DNA from: Convolutriloba macropyga
Lineage: Eukaryota
Assembly: GCF_964194025.1 (NCBI RefSeq)
Contig: NC_134475.1
Location: 44,888,001-44,952,000 of the forward strand
DNA length: 64,000 bases
Direction: 5' to 3'
Shown here: piece after piece, positions 62,077-64,000 of the stretch
Numbering within the stretch: position 1 is the first letter of the stretch
Layout: each line of letters opens with the position of its first letter
Translations under genes and position numbers: made by a program
Notes under the pieces: model-generated
What the model was told of the DNA's origin: nothing
Database searches by the model: none
The model's input: only the letters and a program-made list of their open reading frames with translations

Positions 62077-64000
62077 CTCCATACCGAGTTTCGTTCGATT
62101 TGGACAACTCCTCGACCTGACGAAATAGACCTATTTTTAAAATTCAATAATTGCAATTTAAACGAAATAAAGGCAACTTTCCGTATGAAAAACTAACTTT
62201 TTTCCTATGCAAGCTATACCAAAAATTCGTTTTGTTTTACACTCTATATACACATGGGATACTCCATACCGAGTTTGGTTCGATTTGAATAACTCCTTGA
62301 CCCGATAAAATTTCTCTATTTTTGAAATTAAATATTCGAAATAATCGCAAATTTCCGTATCAAAAGCTAACTTTTTTCCTAGGCAAGCTATAGCAAAAAT
62401 TCTTTTCGTTGTAGATTCTATATACACTTGGGATACTCCATACCGAGTTTCGTTCGATTTGGACAACTCCTCGACCTGACGAAATAGACCTATTTTTAAA
62501 ATTCAATAATTGCAATTTAAACGAAATAAAGGCAACTTTCCGTATGAAAAACTAACTTTTTTCCTATGCAAGCTATACCAAAAATTCTTTTTGTTTTACA
62601 CTCTACATACCCTGGGGATACTGCATACCGAGTTTGGTTCGATTTGAACAACTCCTTGACCCGACGAAATTTCTATATTTTTGAAAATAGAATAAGCGAA
62701 AAAGTCGAGATTTCCGATTGAGATACGAACTTTTTTTCTAGGACAGTTAGACCGACCATTCTTTTTGCATTACAACCTAAATAGTACTGGTAGTCTGGGA
62801 TATCAATTTAGTTCACTTTGAACAACTCCTTGACCCGATAAATTTTCTCTATTTCTGAAAATAGAATAAGCGAAAAAGTCGAGATTTCCGATTGAGATAC
62901 GAACTTTTTTTCTAGGACAGTTAGACCGACCATTCTTTTTGCATTACAACCTAAATAGTACTGGTAGTCTGGGATATCAATTTGGTTCGCTTTGAAAAAG
63001 TCCTTGATACGATAAAATTTCTCTATTTTTAAAATTCAATAATCTCAAGTTATTCGAAATAATTGCACATTTCCGTATGAAAAACTGACTTTTCTCCTAG
63101 GCAAGCTATTGCAAAAATTCTTTTTGTTTTAGACTCTACATACCCTGGGGATACTCTATACCAAGTTTGGTTCGATTTGAACAACTCCTTGACCCGACGA
63201 AATTTCTATATTTTTGAAAATAGAATAAGCGAAAAAGTCGAGATTTCCGATTGAGATACGAACTTTTTTTCTAGGACAGTTAGACCGACCATTCTTTTTG
63301 CATTACAACCTAAATAGTACTGGTAGTCTGGGATATCAATTTAGTTCACTTTGAACAACTCCTTGACCCGATAAATTTTCTCTATTTTTGAAAATAGAAT
63401 AAGCGAAAAAGTCGAGATTTCCGATTGAGATACGAACTTTTTTTCTAGGACAGTTAGACCGACCATTCTTTTTGCATTACAACCTAAATAGTACTGGTAG
63501 TCTGGGATATCAATTTGGTTCGCTTTGAAAAAGTCCTTGACCCGATAAATTTTCTCTATTTTTGAAAATAGAATAAGCGAAAAAGTCGAGATTTCCGATT
63601 GAGATACGAACTTTTTTTCTAGGACAGTTAGACCGACCATTCTTTTTGCATTACAACCTAAATAGTACTGGTAGTCTGGGATATCAATTTGGTTCACTTT
63701 GAACAACTCCTTGACCCGATAAATTTTCTCTATTTTTGAAAATAGAATAAGCGAAAAAGTCGAGATTTCCGATTGAGATACGAACTTTTTTTCTAGGCAA
63801 GCTATACCAAAAATTCTTTTTGTTTTACACTCTACACACCCTGGGGATACTGCATACCGAGTTTGGTTCGATTTGAACAACTCCTTGACCCGACGAAAAA
63901 TACTATATTTAAAAAATAAAAATTTGAAATAATCGCAAATTTCCGTATGAAATACTAACTTTTTTCCTAGGCAAGCTATACCAAAAATTCTTTTTGTTTT
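62077..64000. repeat. Satellite with 174/185-bp monomers
   Basis: AACTCCT(T/C)GACC-like motif recurs at 62106, 62291, 62465, 62650, 62824, 62998, 63183, 63357, 63531, 63705 and 63879. Confidence 0.95.

Noticed and set aside
61753-62196. ORFs spanning the N run
   Set aside because: Artefacts of the assembly gap.
63341-63880. 179-aa repeat protein
   Set aside because: The 58-aa period follows from the 174-bp monomer; 185-bp monomers break the frame.

Overview
AT-rich eukaryotic (probably invertebrate animal) repeat-rich DNA with no intact gene. (1) From 1 to about 41,739: a decayed Polinton/Maverick (adintovirus-like endogenous virus). Its structural module (minor capsid, basic core protein, major capsid, adenain protease) is tandemly duplicated with a period of about 3.4 kb. 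It is followed by a protein-primed PolB gene with N-terminal C2H2 fingers, a vOTU-like domain and an EndoVII/HNH insert, interrupted by two GT-AG introns. Downstream lie two ~82-83 bp satellite families (A and B) that are homologous to each other and bracket a ~0.75 kb unique block resembling an OTU pseudogene. Then come a 4-exon minus-strand pseudogene and a candidate ...ACTACT Polinton terminus. The block from the PolB 3' half through the satellites was recently duplicated in tandem (9485-20857 / 20858-33456). (2) 41.7-46.6 kb: small non-autonomous DNA transposons and a possible host exon. (3) About 46,651-61,876 on the minus strand: a large decayed Ty3/Gypsy element with gag, pol, a class III (gB/chuvirus-like) env and RING-finger accessory ORFs. 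(4) A 200-N gap, then a 174/185-bp satellite. All family assignments come from motif recognition by eye; no searches were run.
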